From Camelus ferus (lineage: Eukaryota), in the NCBI RefSeq assembly GCF_009834535.1, contig NC_045696.1, positions 48,362,001 to 48,426,000 of the forward strand: a DNA stretch of 64,000 nucleotides. Direction: 5' to 3'. Both the position numbers and the translations under genes were made by a program. Positions 51,085 to 64,000 of this stretch are shown here, in pieces. Position 1 is the stretch's first letter. Each line of letters begins with the position of its first letter. The notes under the pieces were generated by a model. The model saw only the letters and a program-made list of their open reading frames with translations, was not told the DNA's origin and did no database searches.

Positions 51085-52200
51085 AATTTGAAAAGAAATG
51101 ACACACCAAAAAAGCATGAAATATTTAGAGAAACATTTATCAAAATAAGTACTAGCCGTATACACTGAAAAATACAAAATAATGCTAAAGAGAAACAAAA
51201 GGAAACCTAATTAATGGTGAGGTATGCCACATACATGTATTGGGAGATTCAATGTTGTTAGGGTATTAATTTTCCCCAAAGGTATTTATTGACTCAATGT
51301 AATCCAAATGAAAATGCCAACAGATATATTTTGATAGAAATTGACTTGCTGATTCTAAAATTTATATGAAAATACAACCTAAATTAGTTAAAGCAGTTTT
51401 GTAAAATAAGAACAGGGCTGGAGGACTAGCAGTACCATGATTTCAAAACTTTGCACATATATATACTTATATATGTATATTATGGAGATACATAGATTGA
51501 TATTTAAGCTATCACAGAAAAAAAATAAATCAATGCAATGAGAAAATGGACAAACTCAAAATACTGGAACAGACATTTCACAAAAGAAAGTATATGAATG
51601 TGAAGTAAATATTGAAAGGATGCTCAGCATCAATAGTTATCAGAAAAACTCACCTTAAAAGCACAGTTAGATACAATTCCCCACCTGATAGGATAGCTAA
51701 AATGGAAAAGACAACAATAAATGTTGGCAATGATGCAGAGCAGCTTGAACACTTATACATTATAGGTGACAATGTAAAATGATAGAGCCATTTTGGAAAA
51801 CTATTTGTCAATGTCTTATAAATGTGAAGGTACACCTATTATACCACCCAACATCTTCACTGTTATCAAAGAGATGTGTAACATTTGTCCATTAAAAAGA
51901 CTTGTACAGGAATGTTTATATTAGCTTTAGTCATAAGAGTCAAGAAATAAAAACAACCCAAATATTTATTAGCAAATAACTTAATAAATGTATTTTCATA
52001 AATTCATACAATGGGATACTACTAAACAATAAAAATAAACAAACTGCTGATATAGGCAATAGCATGGATGAATATAAAAATATTTTATTGTAGGAAATAA
52101 GCCAGATGAATATAAGTTCAAACAGTATAAATCCATCTATATGAAATGTTAGAAAGTCAAAATACGTTAAATAAGGTTTCTGTAAATAGAAATACATATA
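51085..52200 (+). mobile_element. Old L1 ORF2 end and 3' UTR (L1MD/ME-like)
   Basis: 'gaaattgacttgctgattctaaaatttatatgaaa', 'aacagacatttcacaaaagaa' and 'aaaagacttgtacaggaatgtttata'. Confidence 0.85.
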
Positions 52201-52221
52201 AAAAAACATTATATATCAATC

Positions 52222-52362
52222 TGTTGATGAAAATGTTATGACCAGAGGCTCATAGGAACCTAGCCCTGTGTTTCCCCTAGGAGCGGTGTTTCAGTATTTG
52301 CCAATGCAGTGCTTGCAGTGACTTTGTAGAGCATTACAACCATTAATAATGAGAACTGACTG
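52222..52362 (+). mobile_element. Tigger4/MER46-like DNA transposon end
   Basis: 'cagaggctcataggaacctagccctgtgtttcccctaggagc...aataatgagaactgactg|TA'. Confidence 0.8.
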
Positions 52363-53464
52363 TACAGGTTAAGGAAGTGTACACTGACTTCTTTTCAGTA
52401 ATCTCTTGTTCAGATTACCTAAAACAGTGACTGTGGAATTGTCAAGGGAGAATCATTTCAGAGACTTTCTAATGATTTCATTATTTTTGTCCTTGTCTGT
52501 AACTGGGTGTAATGTTTCCCTGCTCCATTTTGGCTACAATTAGGACTTGAGGATCCAATGAGTTAATAATGATCTGGACATAGATTCAGACTGGCTTATC
52601 AGTATTCTTGCCTCCCATGGCCATGTCTTGTGAATATCTGCTTTAGGAGTTCTAGTGTCTGCCTTTCTACGTGGATTTCAACTAGTTCTCTGCTATTTTA
52701 GCTGTTTTCTCTTGGACTCCAACTCTGGCTTCATTATTAATGTATCCACCATGGCTGAGTAGCTCTTAGGACCCCTGCTCTGGTCCTTTCCTGGATAACA
52801 TACACCATTGCTAAAGAAGATATCAGGGTGAGATGTTTTTATATGACTATCTGAGAAAAATACTTCCCTATTTGGTAAAAATATAAGTTAAAAGGAAACA
52901 AAGTTATATATGCATGTGGTGATACATAAATAAAAGGAACAGAATGTCTACAATAAAAAGCTAGCCACCTCTAACTCCTTTAACTTCTCAGTCCCTTCCC
53001 ACTGAAGAAACCATTTTAACTATTTCTGTTTTTATTCCTATTGCTGATTATTTCTCAGATGAAGTCATAGGCATATAACATTACTTATTATCTAGACATT
53101 ATTTATTGACTTTGTTTATAAAACATTTTATTTATTGACTATGAAAAATGAAGACTTTTCATTCACATACTCTCTTACCTACCTACCATTTTTATACTTA
53201 TGTGATTATTTTTAATTTATCCCTTCATATCCTTGGTTAATTTAATAATTAATAGTTACTATAACTTTTGGCTTTGTGCGGTATCTCCTTTCCTTCTTAA
53301 ACTTAACAGTTCTATTGGCTGTATTTTATTTTGTTAATACCACATTTTGCTCCACACCTCTCTGTCTTCTCTAAACTTCCCAAGTTCTGTCAGTTGTTTT
53401 GCTGAATTTTCAGAATAGGTAATACTTACATTTTGTTTTAAAATTTTATTCATTTATTTTTAAA

Positions 53465-53862
53465 CCTTTTTTTTCCAGTTTTATTGAGATGCAGTTGACA
53501 CACAGCACTGTGTAAGTTTAAAGTATACAGCATAATGATCTAACTTACATACATCATGAAATGATGACCACAGTAAGTTTAGTGAGCATCCATCATCTCA
53601 TCTAGATACAAAATGTAAGAAATAGAAAAATATATTTTTACCTTGTGGTGAGAACTCTTAGTATAGAGTCTCTTAACAACTTTCATATATTACCTACAGC
53701 AGTGTTTATTGTATTTATCATGTTGTACTTTACATCCCTAGAACTTATTTATTTTAAAAGTGGAGGCTGTACCTTTTGATTGCCTTCATCCAATTCCTCC
53801 TCTCCCCACTCCCTGCCTTTGGTAACCACAAATCTGTTCTATTTTTCTATGAGTTTGTTTGT
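53465..53862 (-). mobile_element. 5'-truncated L1 3' UTR (laurasiatherian-type)
   Basis: 'ttttattgagatgcagttgacacacagcactgtgtaagtttaaag...ggtaaccacaaatctgttctatttttctatgagttt'. Confidence 0.85.
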
Positions 53863-54299
53863 TAAACCCTATTTAAACTTCTTTGTTTGATCTCCAGGTA
53901 AATTCTAAATGTTAAAAAGCAAATAACAGGATTTACTTTACAATGAAATATTACCCAGCACAGAGGCAAGCAGAGTGATTGGGTTTTGTTTCTTTCTTAT
54001 AGATTCATTATAACAATCCTTGTGCCATTGAAAGCAAATGGTCCTGATGTAAAATTTAATCATTTCTTGCATTCTATCAGTGGCTTAAGATTAGGAAAAT
54101 CAGTTTACTTCATATTTGGATCACAACTTTGTTGTAGTTTTTCCCCACTTATTACTGTTATATGTAATAATATATCATATATACTTATATATTATATATT
54201 GAAATTTTAAATTGCTTTCAGTTTCTTAGAAAAGATACAAATGATTTCTCTAACTTGTGGGTGATATATTTTAGGTTTTTATTCCATTACCTGAATTTG

Positions 54300-54612
54300 G
54301 AGGCTGTTGATTTCTGTTTTATTTAGGATGGTTATTCTTCCTGTCTATCACAATCTGTCATTCTGAACTTTATTTTTATCACAGTTTTGGAGTAATTCCA
54401 TTGTTTTCCTCATTTTTAGTCTTCAAACTTGTTTGACTAAGATACATTTCCCTGTGACTTCCTTAGAAAGGGTATATTGACTATGAACTTTGTGTCTTAA
54501 ATTTGCCTGTCTAAAATTACCAATTCAGTCAGGTGTATAAATCTTGTAGGTTGAAATTATTTTCTCAAAACTTATAAGTTATTGAACTCTATATCACTGC
54601 TGCTGAAAAGAT
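54300..54612 (-). mobile_element. HAL1/old L1 ORF1 fragment
   Basis: 'ggtgtataaatcttgtaggttgaaattattttctcaaaact...ctgctgaaaag' resembles the antisense of the L1/HAL1 ORF1 C-terminal region. Confidence 0.5.
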
Positions 54613-54699
54613 AGCATGGATCCTGGCTTCAGGCAGGATCTTTCTTCCTTTCTTTCTTTCCTTTCTTCCTTATTTCCTCTTTTCCTTTCTTTGCTGAAA

Positions 54700-54997
54700 T
54701 ATGGCTGAAGACCCAAGAAGCAGGGGCTCTGATATCTCAGGGCAGGAGGAGAAGGATGTTTCAGCTCAAGAAGAGGAAGGAAATTTGTGTCCACTTTTTT
54801 GTTCTATTAGGGCCCTCAACAGATTGGATGATGCCCATCCACACTGGTGAGGGTGGATCATCTTTACTCCTTCTACTGATTCAAATACTTGTCTCTTCCA
54901 GAAAAACCCTATCAAATACACCCAGAAATCATGTTTTACCAACTATCTGGGCTTCCCTTAGCCTAGTCAAGTTGACACATAAAATTAACTGTCACAT
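54700..54997 (-). mobile_element. MLT2-family LTR, partial
   Basis: 'gattggatgatgcccatccacactggtgaggg' through 'gtcaagttgacacataaaattaactgtcaca'. Confidence 0.9.
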
Positions 54998-55734
54998 CTG
55001 TGTTTTGTTGTTTTGTATTTTCAGACCATCCTAGATTTCACTCTGTTGACATTATCTTCAGTTCACCTTTTCTGTTGTCTTTCCATGGTAAATCCAGGTA
55101 GAAAAAAGTTCAACTTTGGATGATTTCAACTGGTCATCTTCAATTCTCAATTCCCAGGTAGCTAAATTTAGCCAAGAAAAATCAACAAACCACCTGGTCT
55201 AATGCTAATAAAAATACGACCCACAAATTGAAACAGGGTTTAAATGTTCTTATATTACTTGTGCATTTCCCCTATTATATTTCCCCATTCTCCACAGCTA
55301 TTATTTAAATTTATGTTACATTAGAATATCTCACACTCTCACATCTTCCCTTGACCCGCTCTTGGGAAATGACCTCTCTACCTATTTACAGACACACTAG
55401 AAGTCACAAAGACTTCTATATAATTGGCTATATACTTACCTACATTTTTACCCACCCTTGATTATTTTTCTTCTGTACAATAGAAAAAAGGTTCTCTGTA
55501 TATTCGTATAGAACAGAATTAGACAATCACTGCAATAAATCAAGGGTACTCACTAAGATCATGAAGAGGAGCGTAATAGATTTAGAGCAAATCACTCCAT
55601 TAAGTAGAACAAGTGTAGAAAACATGAAAATTATGTAGAAAGCTACTGTGATGGTTCACATTAAAGATGAGGGTTTTAACTAAGGTAATAGCAGAAGCAG
55701 GGAGAGGAGTTAGTATTGTTGAGGATATTTGAAA

Positions 55735-57520
55735 GTCTTATTAATCTACTGAATACCTGTAACATGACAGACATGGTTCTAGTTATTGAGGATAGAGCAG
55801 TAAATACAACAGACAAAAATCCCTACCTTCATTTTCATATAGGAAGAGAGATCATTAACACATCACTGACAAATATTGTTGCTTAAGACAGATGATATAT
55901 GTTTCAGCGAAAATTAAGTTAGGAAATATGGATGTGGAATTCCAAGGGTGAAGAGGTTACAATTTAAAACTGTGTGGTCACTAAAGACTTAATGAGGAGA
56001 TGACATTTGAACAAGACTTGAAGTGGATGAGAGAGCCAGCTGTGGCAATATAAAGATGCAAGAGAGTTTCTGGCAAAGGAAGAATGAATGAAAAGGCCCT
56101 GAGGCAGGAGAGGTGTGTGTCTGAGAAACAGAAATGAGGCTACTGTACCTGGAATATGGTGCAAAATGGAAGCAGTGTCAGAGAGGTAATCAGGGACCAG
56201 TACAGGTCACTACAGACTTGTTGGCATATAATGGAGGGCTTTGGATAGAGAAGGGGTTTACCTTTCAGAAGGCTTGCTCTGACTACTGTGTTGAGACTAT
56301 ACAGCAGTGGAAAAGAGGTTCTACCATAGAAACCCACTAGGGGACTATTGTGTAGTTAAGGTGAAAAAATTACAGTGGCTTGGTCTAGGGAGATGGCAGT
56401 AGAAATTATGAGAAATAGCCAAATTCTTGATGTAAAGGTAAAGTTAGCAGTATTTGCTTAAGGGGTTGATGGAATGTGTGAGAAAAAGACGAGGTAAAGA
56501 AAAAGAGGAGATTTTTAACAATTGAAGAATAAAGTTACCAGTTGTCGATCTGGACAAGACTGTGGAAGTGGAAGGATTTGGGGAAAAGATCAAATCAATT
56601 TGGTGTGTTAAGTTTCAGTTGTTATTAGACATCCAAGTGGGTATGTTAAGCAGGCAACTGTATTTGTAGTCTGAAATTCAGAAGGAAGTCCAGGTGGAGA
56701 TTTACATTTGCAGTCCATAAACATGCAGATTGTATAGAAAGCATAAGACCAAATGAAGCCACCAAGGATATACATGTAAGAAGAAAAGGAAGTTCACCCG
56801 AGAACTAAATTCTGGGACATTTTGATCAGGAAGGTTTATTCTGGCTGTGAAGATGAGGAAGAATTATAAAGTGAGACTGAGAATGAAATAGGATGAGTTT
56901 ACTCTCTCTTGGAAGCCAAGTGAAAGAACTGTTTCTAGGAAAAGAGAGTAATCAAAAAAAAAAATAGTGTCAAATTTACAGAGAGATGACTAAGATGAAA
57001 ATTTAGAATTATCTGTTAGATTTAATAGTGTGGATGGAGATTATTTGTGACTTTGTCAAGAGCAGTTTCAGTGGAACAGAGATGAGAAAAGGAATTAGAA
57101 CGCTGTATTACCAGGTGATTTTTAAAAGGTACAAAATATTATATAGAAACATTAACATGTTTGTATTGTGATAACGATAATGTTGTACAAGAGAAAAATT
57201 GTTACTTGCTTGACAGGAGACAGTCTCTGGATCAAATGTCTTTGAGTAAGTGATCGGCCTTTGTTAGGAGCAAGGAAAGTTCTATGTATGTTATGTATCT
57301 GTCTATTGATCTCTATCTAATGGTAATAGAAGAGAAGCCAGGGTATATGGACAAGTAGATGGTAGATATTTTGGAGACTTGTAAGACGTTATTTTAATTA
57401 CATCTATTTTCTCAGAGAAATGTGAAGCAAGGTCATCGTTCGAGAGTGCAGATGGTGGAGGAGGTTTTGATATTTAAGGAGAGAAGACATGAAGTACTTA
57501 TTTAGGAAAGTGGGAGAGCA
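55735..57520 (-). mobile_element. L2 LINE (about 1.8 kb)
   Basis: 'tactgaatacctg...gagcagtaaatacaacagacaaaaatccctacc', 'gatgacatttgaacaagacttgaag', 'ttagacatccaagtgg' and 'aagagcagtttcagtggaa'. Confidence 0.85.
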
Positions 57521-58089
57521 ATTGACTCTATAAGAACATAATTAGTTACATAAAGTTGAGTGTATATATTTTGTCATTTTTCCATAGATCTGTTTTTCAA
57601 ATCATATTTTATTTCCACAACTACTTATACATGCAAATGAAGTAAGTATTCAAAGCTCTTCCCTTTTCTTCTAGAAACTCTGAGAGCTATTTTTCGCTGA
57701 TTTGTGTCTCAGTGTAAGTTCTGGATACTTTAAGTTGAATCCTAAAACTAAACTGTGGGCATGATTAATTCAATACCACTCCCACCAAAAAGAAGATAAA
57801 GCATGTGGGAAATCATGGCCAAAGTGTGCTGCTGTAATATATGTGCAACTTCTACTTAAGTTCAGTCAACAATTATGGAAGACCGTGGGCTTTTTTAAAA
57901 ATTTGTTTTGTATTTTTTAACAATCTAATTTTTTCTGCACTATTTCTCACTCATTTCTTTAATATTCTCTTGCTAGCCCAATTAATCACTTCTCTAATTA
58001 AGCGAATTATAGCTATAGAAATCAGACCTATGGGACTGAAAGAAAATTTGAAGCATGCAACCATTTAACTTTAATTCTTTTAATAAAAA

Positions 58090-58390
58090 ATAATCTGTGG
58101 TTTGTCAAAATCCATAGACCCATATTCAAGAAAAGAATTCTATGTCATGTAAATTTCAAAAAAAAAAATTCAATCTGAATATGGCGAACCCATAAAACTT
58201 ATGACAAAAACGTGTTACAAATAGCTGACTACAAATGAATGAAAAGGTATTGAATAACTGCCTACAAATGAATGACATAGCAATAATAATAGAGAAGAAA
58301 AGGGCTAACTAACAAACTCTGGAAAACAGTATTATGACTCAATACAGGTAAAAGTCAAAAAGCGTAGTACACAAATACTGTGCTCTGATC
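58090..58390 (+). mobile_element. L1MC-like 3' UTR fragment
   Basis: 'gtttgtcaaaatccatagacc...aaaagaattctatgtcatgtaaattt'. Contains a degenerate 33-bp tandem duplication at about 58220-58275. Confidence 0.55.
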
Positions 58391-60704
58391 ATGCACACTG
58401 TAGTGGATCATGAAGTATTTGTTGAATGACTACAATAAAATTGAATTTTATCTGTGACACTGTTATATAATGACCTATTATGAATTTTAAGTTCCCTCTA
58501 TACTGTGAGATTCTTAAAGTCAATGATCTTCTATATAAAAATGAGATCTGGAACACAAAGATAAATTTTTGCTAAACGTGTAAGTGAATACTGCTGAATA
58601 TCTAATTTTAAATAGGACCCTTCCCTGTAAGGATAAAATAGGCTATTAAAAATTTCTTGAATTGTGATTATAAGTACATATGAGTGCAAATGTAGTGTGT
58701 GCATATAATTTAAGTACATGTATACATGTTCTGTTTTCATCATGTTCTGGCACAGAAAAATGGAGAAGAATGTTCTTTATTAGTATAAATGACATATAAT
58801 TCTTATAAATAAAATGACAACACAAAAAGAAATGTAATGCATTTTTGATAATATTGTTCTCCCCAATACTATCATCATCAACAATAATTCTTAAGTTTGA
58901 AATAGTAAGTAAGAACTTTATTCTCTTGCTGTTTTGATAGATACGTTATATACTACATTCAAGACAGGCTGGGACTTAACACAGACAGTAGTAGCAATTG
59001 ATAGTGAAACCAGTTTATAATTGGCATTCATGCTTACATGCTTACACATAGGTTGTTACAACAAACAAAAAGTAACAAAACAAAATTTTCATAATGCTTT
59101 TACTGAAATACATTGAAATATATAAATTAAGATAAAACTGTATTTGTCAAAATTTACAGTCTTTGAAATAAAACTTTTTGATTAATAATTTTCACTTAAA
59201 TAAGAATTTAAAAATAGAATCTTTATGATTATATCAATATCAAGATTTAAATTAATTTTAATCTGAAAAAAACAAAGGTTGTAAAAGAAAAAAATTAACA
59301 TTTATAAACAAAAACACTTAAGATGGCATTTTCAACTTAACATCATTTTAATGGAAAATTTCCATTTTATTTGAATTTAAAGTGGGGGTTAATATCTTCA
59401 CTATTTATAATAAAACTATTTTTAAAAAAGAGTAAGAGCATTAAGCAATGGAAATGAAATGATTATTCTAAAAATTAATGAATCAATTCTTTCTAGTTAA
59501 TGTAAACAATGTAATGTTTTTCTTACAAGCCAAATACAAAGAATCATTAGTATTAAATAACATTGTGTGTGCAAAATCTAATCAAAGCCTCTAAAAATGA
59601 GTTATTTACTAACATTGGAGTACTCAAAAACAGAAAATGAGATGTATTGAACAGATTTTTTGTTTTTTTCATCAGGCTTCTTTATTTCCTCAAAACACAA
59701 ACCTAATTTTCTTTCTGTATGCCTCAAAGCCATTGCATGGATAAGATTTTGTTAAATTATAGACAATGAAATAGATTTCTAGATTACTCATAGGTTTTCT
59801 TTTCAAAATTTAACAGTATTTCCTGAGCAAGTTCTGAATTAGATTTTGCCTCTAAACAAAATCAACACACATTGGACAAGAAAAAGCTATTTTATTAACA
59901 ACGAGTAAGAAGAAGAAACTGGCATAACTTGTGATTTCTAGAGGTAAAAGTACTTTTAGGGTCTCTGGTATATTGGTGACCAAAAAGCAGTAAACAATGG
60001 TAAAACATGGTAGGTTAATTACTAGGAAAATTTAAATGGCAGTGGGATGAATGCCCATAGGGTTAGAAAATGAACTAAAATTTTTAATTTAGTATCAGCA
60101 AATGTGATACATATCCTAGCATGATGACAGTAGTGCTGATAGAAGCAAATTCAGGTCTGGATCAGTGTGATTGCATGATCATCTCCTCACATAGGTCACT
60201 GAAGGCTAACGGACCTGCCTCAAAGGGGTTGAGTTATGTGGTGATGAGAACTTAACTTCAATAGAAAGAAAGCTTTAGAAAACAAGCAGAAACCAAGAAT
60301 GCAATACTATAAATTTTATTCATTGATTTATGCATTCATATATTCAGTAAACAAATATATTTCCTGTCAATATGATCTAAATATGATTTTAATTCTAAGA
60401 TTTAAAAAAAAGTCTCCCCTAATCTTATCCCAAATCTAAAATAGAGGTTTGGGGGACTATATTGGAGACTATATTCTAATTACATAAAAATATAAATTAT
60501 ATATTATTGATAACAGCCTATTCATAGGAAAATGCATAATTGACTATAAGGGATATTTTAAGATAAAAGGTTTAAATGAGTAACTTTAACTTTCTTTGAC
60601 TTTCTTCTCTTTATTCTTTTTTATTGCTACTTTTCCCTTCCTTCCAGCACTAATGCCATTCCCTCCTCCAGCCTCAGTTACTCTAGAAGTAACCACCTGT
60701 TAGA

Positions 60705-60862
60705 TCCTTGTTCTCAACACTCACTGCACATGAAAATCACCTGAAGTGTATACCCACTCAAGGCAAATTAAATCAGAATCTCAGGGAGAGTGAGGTCTTG
60801 ATACTTGCTTTTTAAAGAGCTCCCTTGCTGATCTTAATGTGCAGCCAAGTTTGAAAAACTAT
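60705..60862. mobile_element. MER5-like hAT MITE
   Basis: 'gttctcaac...aatcacctg...aattaaatcagaatctc...aatgtgcagccaagtttgaaaaact'. Confidence 0.85.
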
Positions 60863-61267
60863 CTTCTTAGATAGAACTAGTGAGGTAATTCCAGAACTTT
60901 TTACCAATTAAACACTTACAAGTACTCAGCAACCGTCTTAGCGTTATGGGCATATGATGGCATAAACACGAGGCTGTGTATCTACATTGCATACTAAATT
61001 TACTGCAGTGAACAGTCATTTCTAAAATTAAAGTTAGTACCTAACTCCTATAAGTTCTTGCTTTATCAGTTATATGCTGTACATAAGAAAATCACTTAAT
61101 AAAAATTAAATTCTCTAAAGCTTTGAATAATTTCCATTTTTCATATTTTAAAACCTTTACAATAGTATTATCTCACTTGCAATCTGACATGTTTTCTGAT
61201 GGGAAGGAAAGAGTTGTAGTTACAGCCAGTAAGGTCTAGAAACTGTGCTCACAAAGTAAAAGTGAAC

Positions 61268-61495
61268 TCTTGGTTAAAAGCATCAGCTATGGAGTCGGGC
61301 TGCATACATTCCAATGTCAGCTTTGTGATTTACTAGTTGTGTTTTCTTGGGCCAGTCATTTAATTGATACATACTTTTATTTCCTTATCTGTAAATTGGG
61401 GATAATACGATTCCTACTTTATCGAGTTACTGTGAAGAATGAATGATTTAGAGTCCCTGACGTGTGGCAAGTACTATGGACGTGTTAGCTATGAT
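61268..61495 (+). mobile_element. MIR SINE, near full length
   Basis: 'tggttaaaagcatcagctatggagtc...cttgggccagtcatttaa...ttccttatctgtaaattggggataata'. Confidence 0.85.
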
Positions 61496-62334
61496 TCTTT
61501 TGTTATAGGTTTTCATGTTTTACCATTTTGGAAGGTTGTTAATATTTATTTGTATGTTGTAGATATTCTTACGCATGCTATGTCAAAAATGTAACCTTTT
61601 GCTTTAGGTTGTTGAAAAATGGGGGATATCAAAATATTGGCTTATCTAGGGAGAGTAGGTTATGAATGCAAATGTCTGTTATTTCTTGGATAAAAATAGG
61701 CTGAGAATCACTGGCTCAGACCCAAAGGAATGTGAGAAGGGAGAAGTCGGTACAGACTGGCATACTTCACTGAATACTAACCAAAGAGGCAGAGTTGAGC
61801 TAGACGTTGAAAGCACGTGGAATTTGCCGACTTAGTCAAGGAGGAAGTGGAAAGGAGGTTGCTGATAAGCCCCAGAAGTAGGCTTGACTATGAAACATGA
61901 TATGAATTAGACCAGGTGTTATAGCTGTCCCTGTTACCTTAGCCTAAGATTCTGTTTTTTTATTACCTTGGATAATGTAGAAACTATCCATATTACCTAT
62001 TCATCTACAGTGACAAAGAGTTCTTCAGCATATGCCCCAATCTCTCTTCACACCCCAGGATAGTGTAGAGGACGAAACATCAACATATTAGTATCAGTAA
62101 ACCATATTGTGATGAGATGAACTACTAACAATAGATTTCCTATATTATAACATTCAAAAGTGCATCCTTTATAATTAAAAATATATAAGAGCATCATAAT
62201 CATCACCATCATTTGTTAGCAAAATGAGAAAAGTATTCTTTGTTTAGCAGCCTGGAAGCTTGAATTTTCTATTATCCTAAAACATATTTTTTTAATGCAG
62301 TGAAATTTATTGAGAAGGGTCTGTTTTAGGACGC

Positions 62335-62520
62335 CCAGTACCAGGGGTTCTAGTCTTGACTACTACTTCCCTATCTCCTAAAAAGATACTTAATTTTGAA
62401 TAAATAACTAATATCTTAGTTTCTTTATTTGAAGAATGGGGGAAATAAAATTATACAAACAACTCAAGGGGTCGTTGGAAAGGACCACATATATAGTGCT
62501 CTGAGATGCTCTGTAAAAAC
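62335..62520 (+). mobile_element. MIR SINE
   Basis: 'gggttctagtcttgactact...tcttagtttctttatttgaagaatggggg'. Confidence 0.65.
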
Positions 62521-62989
62521 TAATAATAAATGTTTGCATATTTATATAGTTGTTGCTGAGATTAGACAGTAATATTCTATTATTTTTAATTTGGGTAATA
62601 TTTTAAATGCAATGAATGCATTCTTTATTATAAACATCATTCTGTGGTCAGCATCTGAAACAGTCTGTGTCTTTTCTCTCTTAATCCCTAGCACCAAGAA
62701 CAGTGTATAGTATATACCATGTTTGTTTTTTTTAAGTTGCTGTTTGAATAAGTTTTAAAATGTGTGATATAGTGTGTTAGATTATTCCTGGAGTTGGGAG
62801 CAGAAAGGGTAGAGTTAAACCCTAGATTTTTTGCTTATGGCTCAATGACTTTGAGAAGAATCTTAAACTCTCTGAAATCTTCATTGTCCTCAATCTATAT
62901 TTTAAGAACACTGGGGAAAATTTAACAGAAACTATTGATTCTTTTCTCTTAAAATACACACAACTGCGTGAAATTTAGATAGGCACATT

Positions 62990-63540
62990 GATTCAATGAA
63001 TTAACTTCATTAACTCATTTTATATAAATACCTCTTTCTTTATTTACATGATAAATATATATCAAGCACCTACTGTGTGGCCAGAACTCTGGTGGGCAAT
63101 GGATTACAGCCACAAAAAGTAAAGACATGCTTTATGCTTTTATGATGTTTATAATTTGTGGAGGGTAAATAACCACTAATGGCTAATAAATAAGAATTGT
63201 CATGAGGGATAGGAACATAGATTTCTGAGAGTTCTGAAAAATTGATGATCAGGAAAGATTTCCCTGAGAACATAAAAACTGAACTGAAGTTTGAGAATTG
63301 AGTAAAAGTTAATAGGCAAGAGTGATAACGAGAAAAAAAAGTCATCAAGGGGGAGGGAATAACATGTGCAGAGGCTTTGTGTCAAGAGAGTGCATGATCT
63401 GCAGAGGAAATTTTAAGACTACTTGTCTGGAGAGCAGAAAGCAAGGAGGAGAAGACCATGTGATGAGGGTGGGGAGGCAAGAATGTCCTTGTTAGATGCA
63501 TTAGGGTTTTCAGTCTCTATCCTAAGGAGAACTGGAAGAA
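62990..63540 (-). mobile_element. L2 LINE 3' region
   Basis: 'atcaagcacctactgtgtggccagaactct', 'gatcaggaaagatttccctgag' and 'gggaataacatgtgcagaggc'. Confidence 0.8.
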
Positions 63541-64000
63541 AATTCCTCAAGTTTTTCCTCATGTCAAATTTACATAGTAAATGAGATTTTAAAAAAAAAT
63601 TAATGATGCTCTCTGAGACACTCAAAAAAATTATGTCTTTTTCCCTTACAAAATATTTCCTATGCTGTTTTCAACATCTTTCATGATGGTAGTATTTGAA
63701 ACCAAGTTTATCCAAATGATTATTATTATATGAGCTTTTTACAAACTCCAAAATAGAAAGAAAACATTTTTCCTTTCTAGAATAGTAACTTTCAAACCAG
63801 TTACTAAGGGAAAATAGATTAACAATTTAAAAAATTAATAATATAACTTTGGTCCAGAACTCATCTCTTCCGCCACTTTCTTCTTATTTTTTGTCACTGT
63901 GATTTCCTTTTCCATAAATCTACTAGAGAAATGTGTACAAATGTAATCGTAATATAAAAATATTCACTAATTAAACCATCACTTATTTAATTAGTCCCCA

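Noticed and set aside
58220..58275. Short direct repeats resembling a repeat-spacer array
   Set aside because: Only two copies, inside an L1 fragment in mammalian DNA. This is a simple duplication, not CRISPR-like.
59880..60290. Possible ancient LINE endonuclease remnant
   Set aside because: Only a vague GxFN-like hint; I could not find colinear motifs.
1..64000. tRNA, rRNA, snRNA genes, CpG island or processed pseudogene
   Set aside because: None recognised by eye. Running tRNAscan-SE and Infernal would be needed to exclude them formally.

Overview
AT-rich, CpG-poor mammalian DNA with no protein-coding exon that I can support. It is most likely intergenic or deep intronic. The window is dominated by transposable-element relics, with family names assigned from remembered consensus sequences rather than a search. 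These include a near-full-length decayed ERV-L provirus (MLT2 LTRs, gag, pro-pol, dUTPase; 37.15-43.59 kb, minus strand) and a second, much older ERV-L-type pol relic (6.3-7.1 kb). There is also an MLT1A-like MaLR whose 5' LTR is split by a 4.7-kb L1 with a target-site duplication (TSD), several solo or partial LTRs, many L1, L2, MIR and CR1 fragments, and Tigger/hAT fossils including a probable ancient Charlie-type transposase. The youngest L1 3' ends resemble cetartiodactyl (probably camelid) L1s, and I see no Alu, B1, Bov-tA, PRE1 or SINEC. Most ORFs in the track are TE-derived or chance ORFs. I found no convincing new biological system. The best leads are TE architecture, a perfect hairpin and a few unique islands that may be regulatory or exonic.
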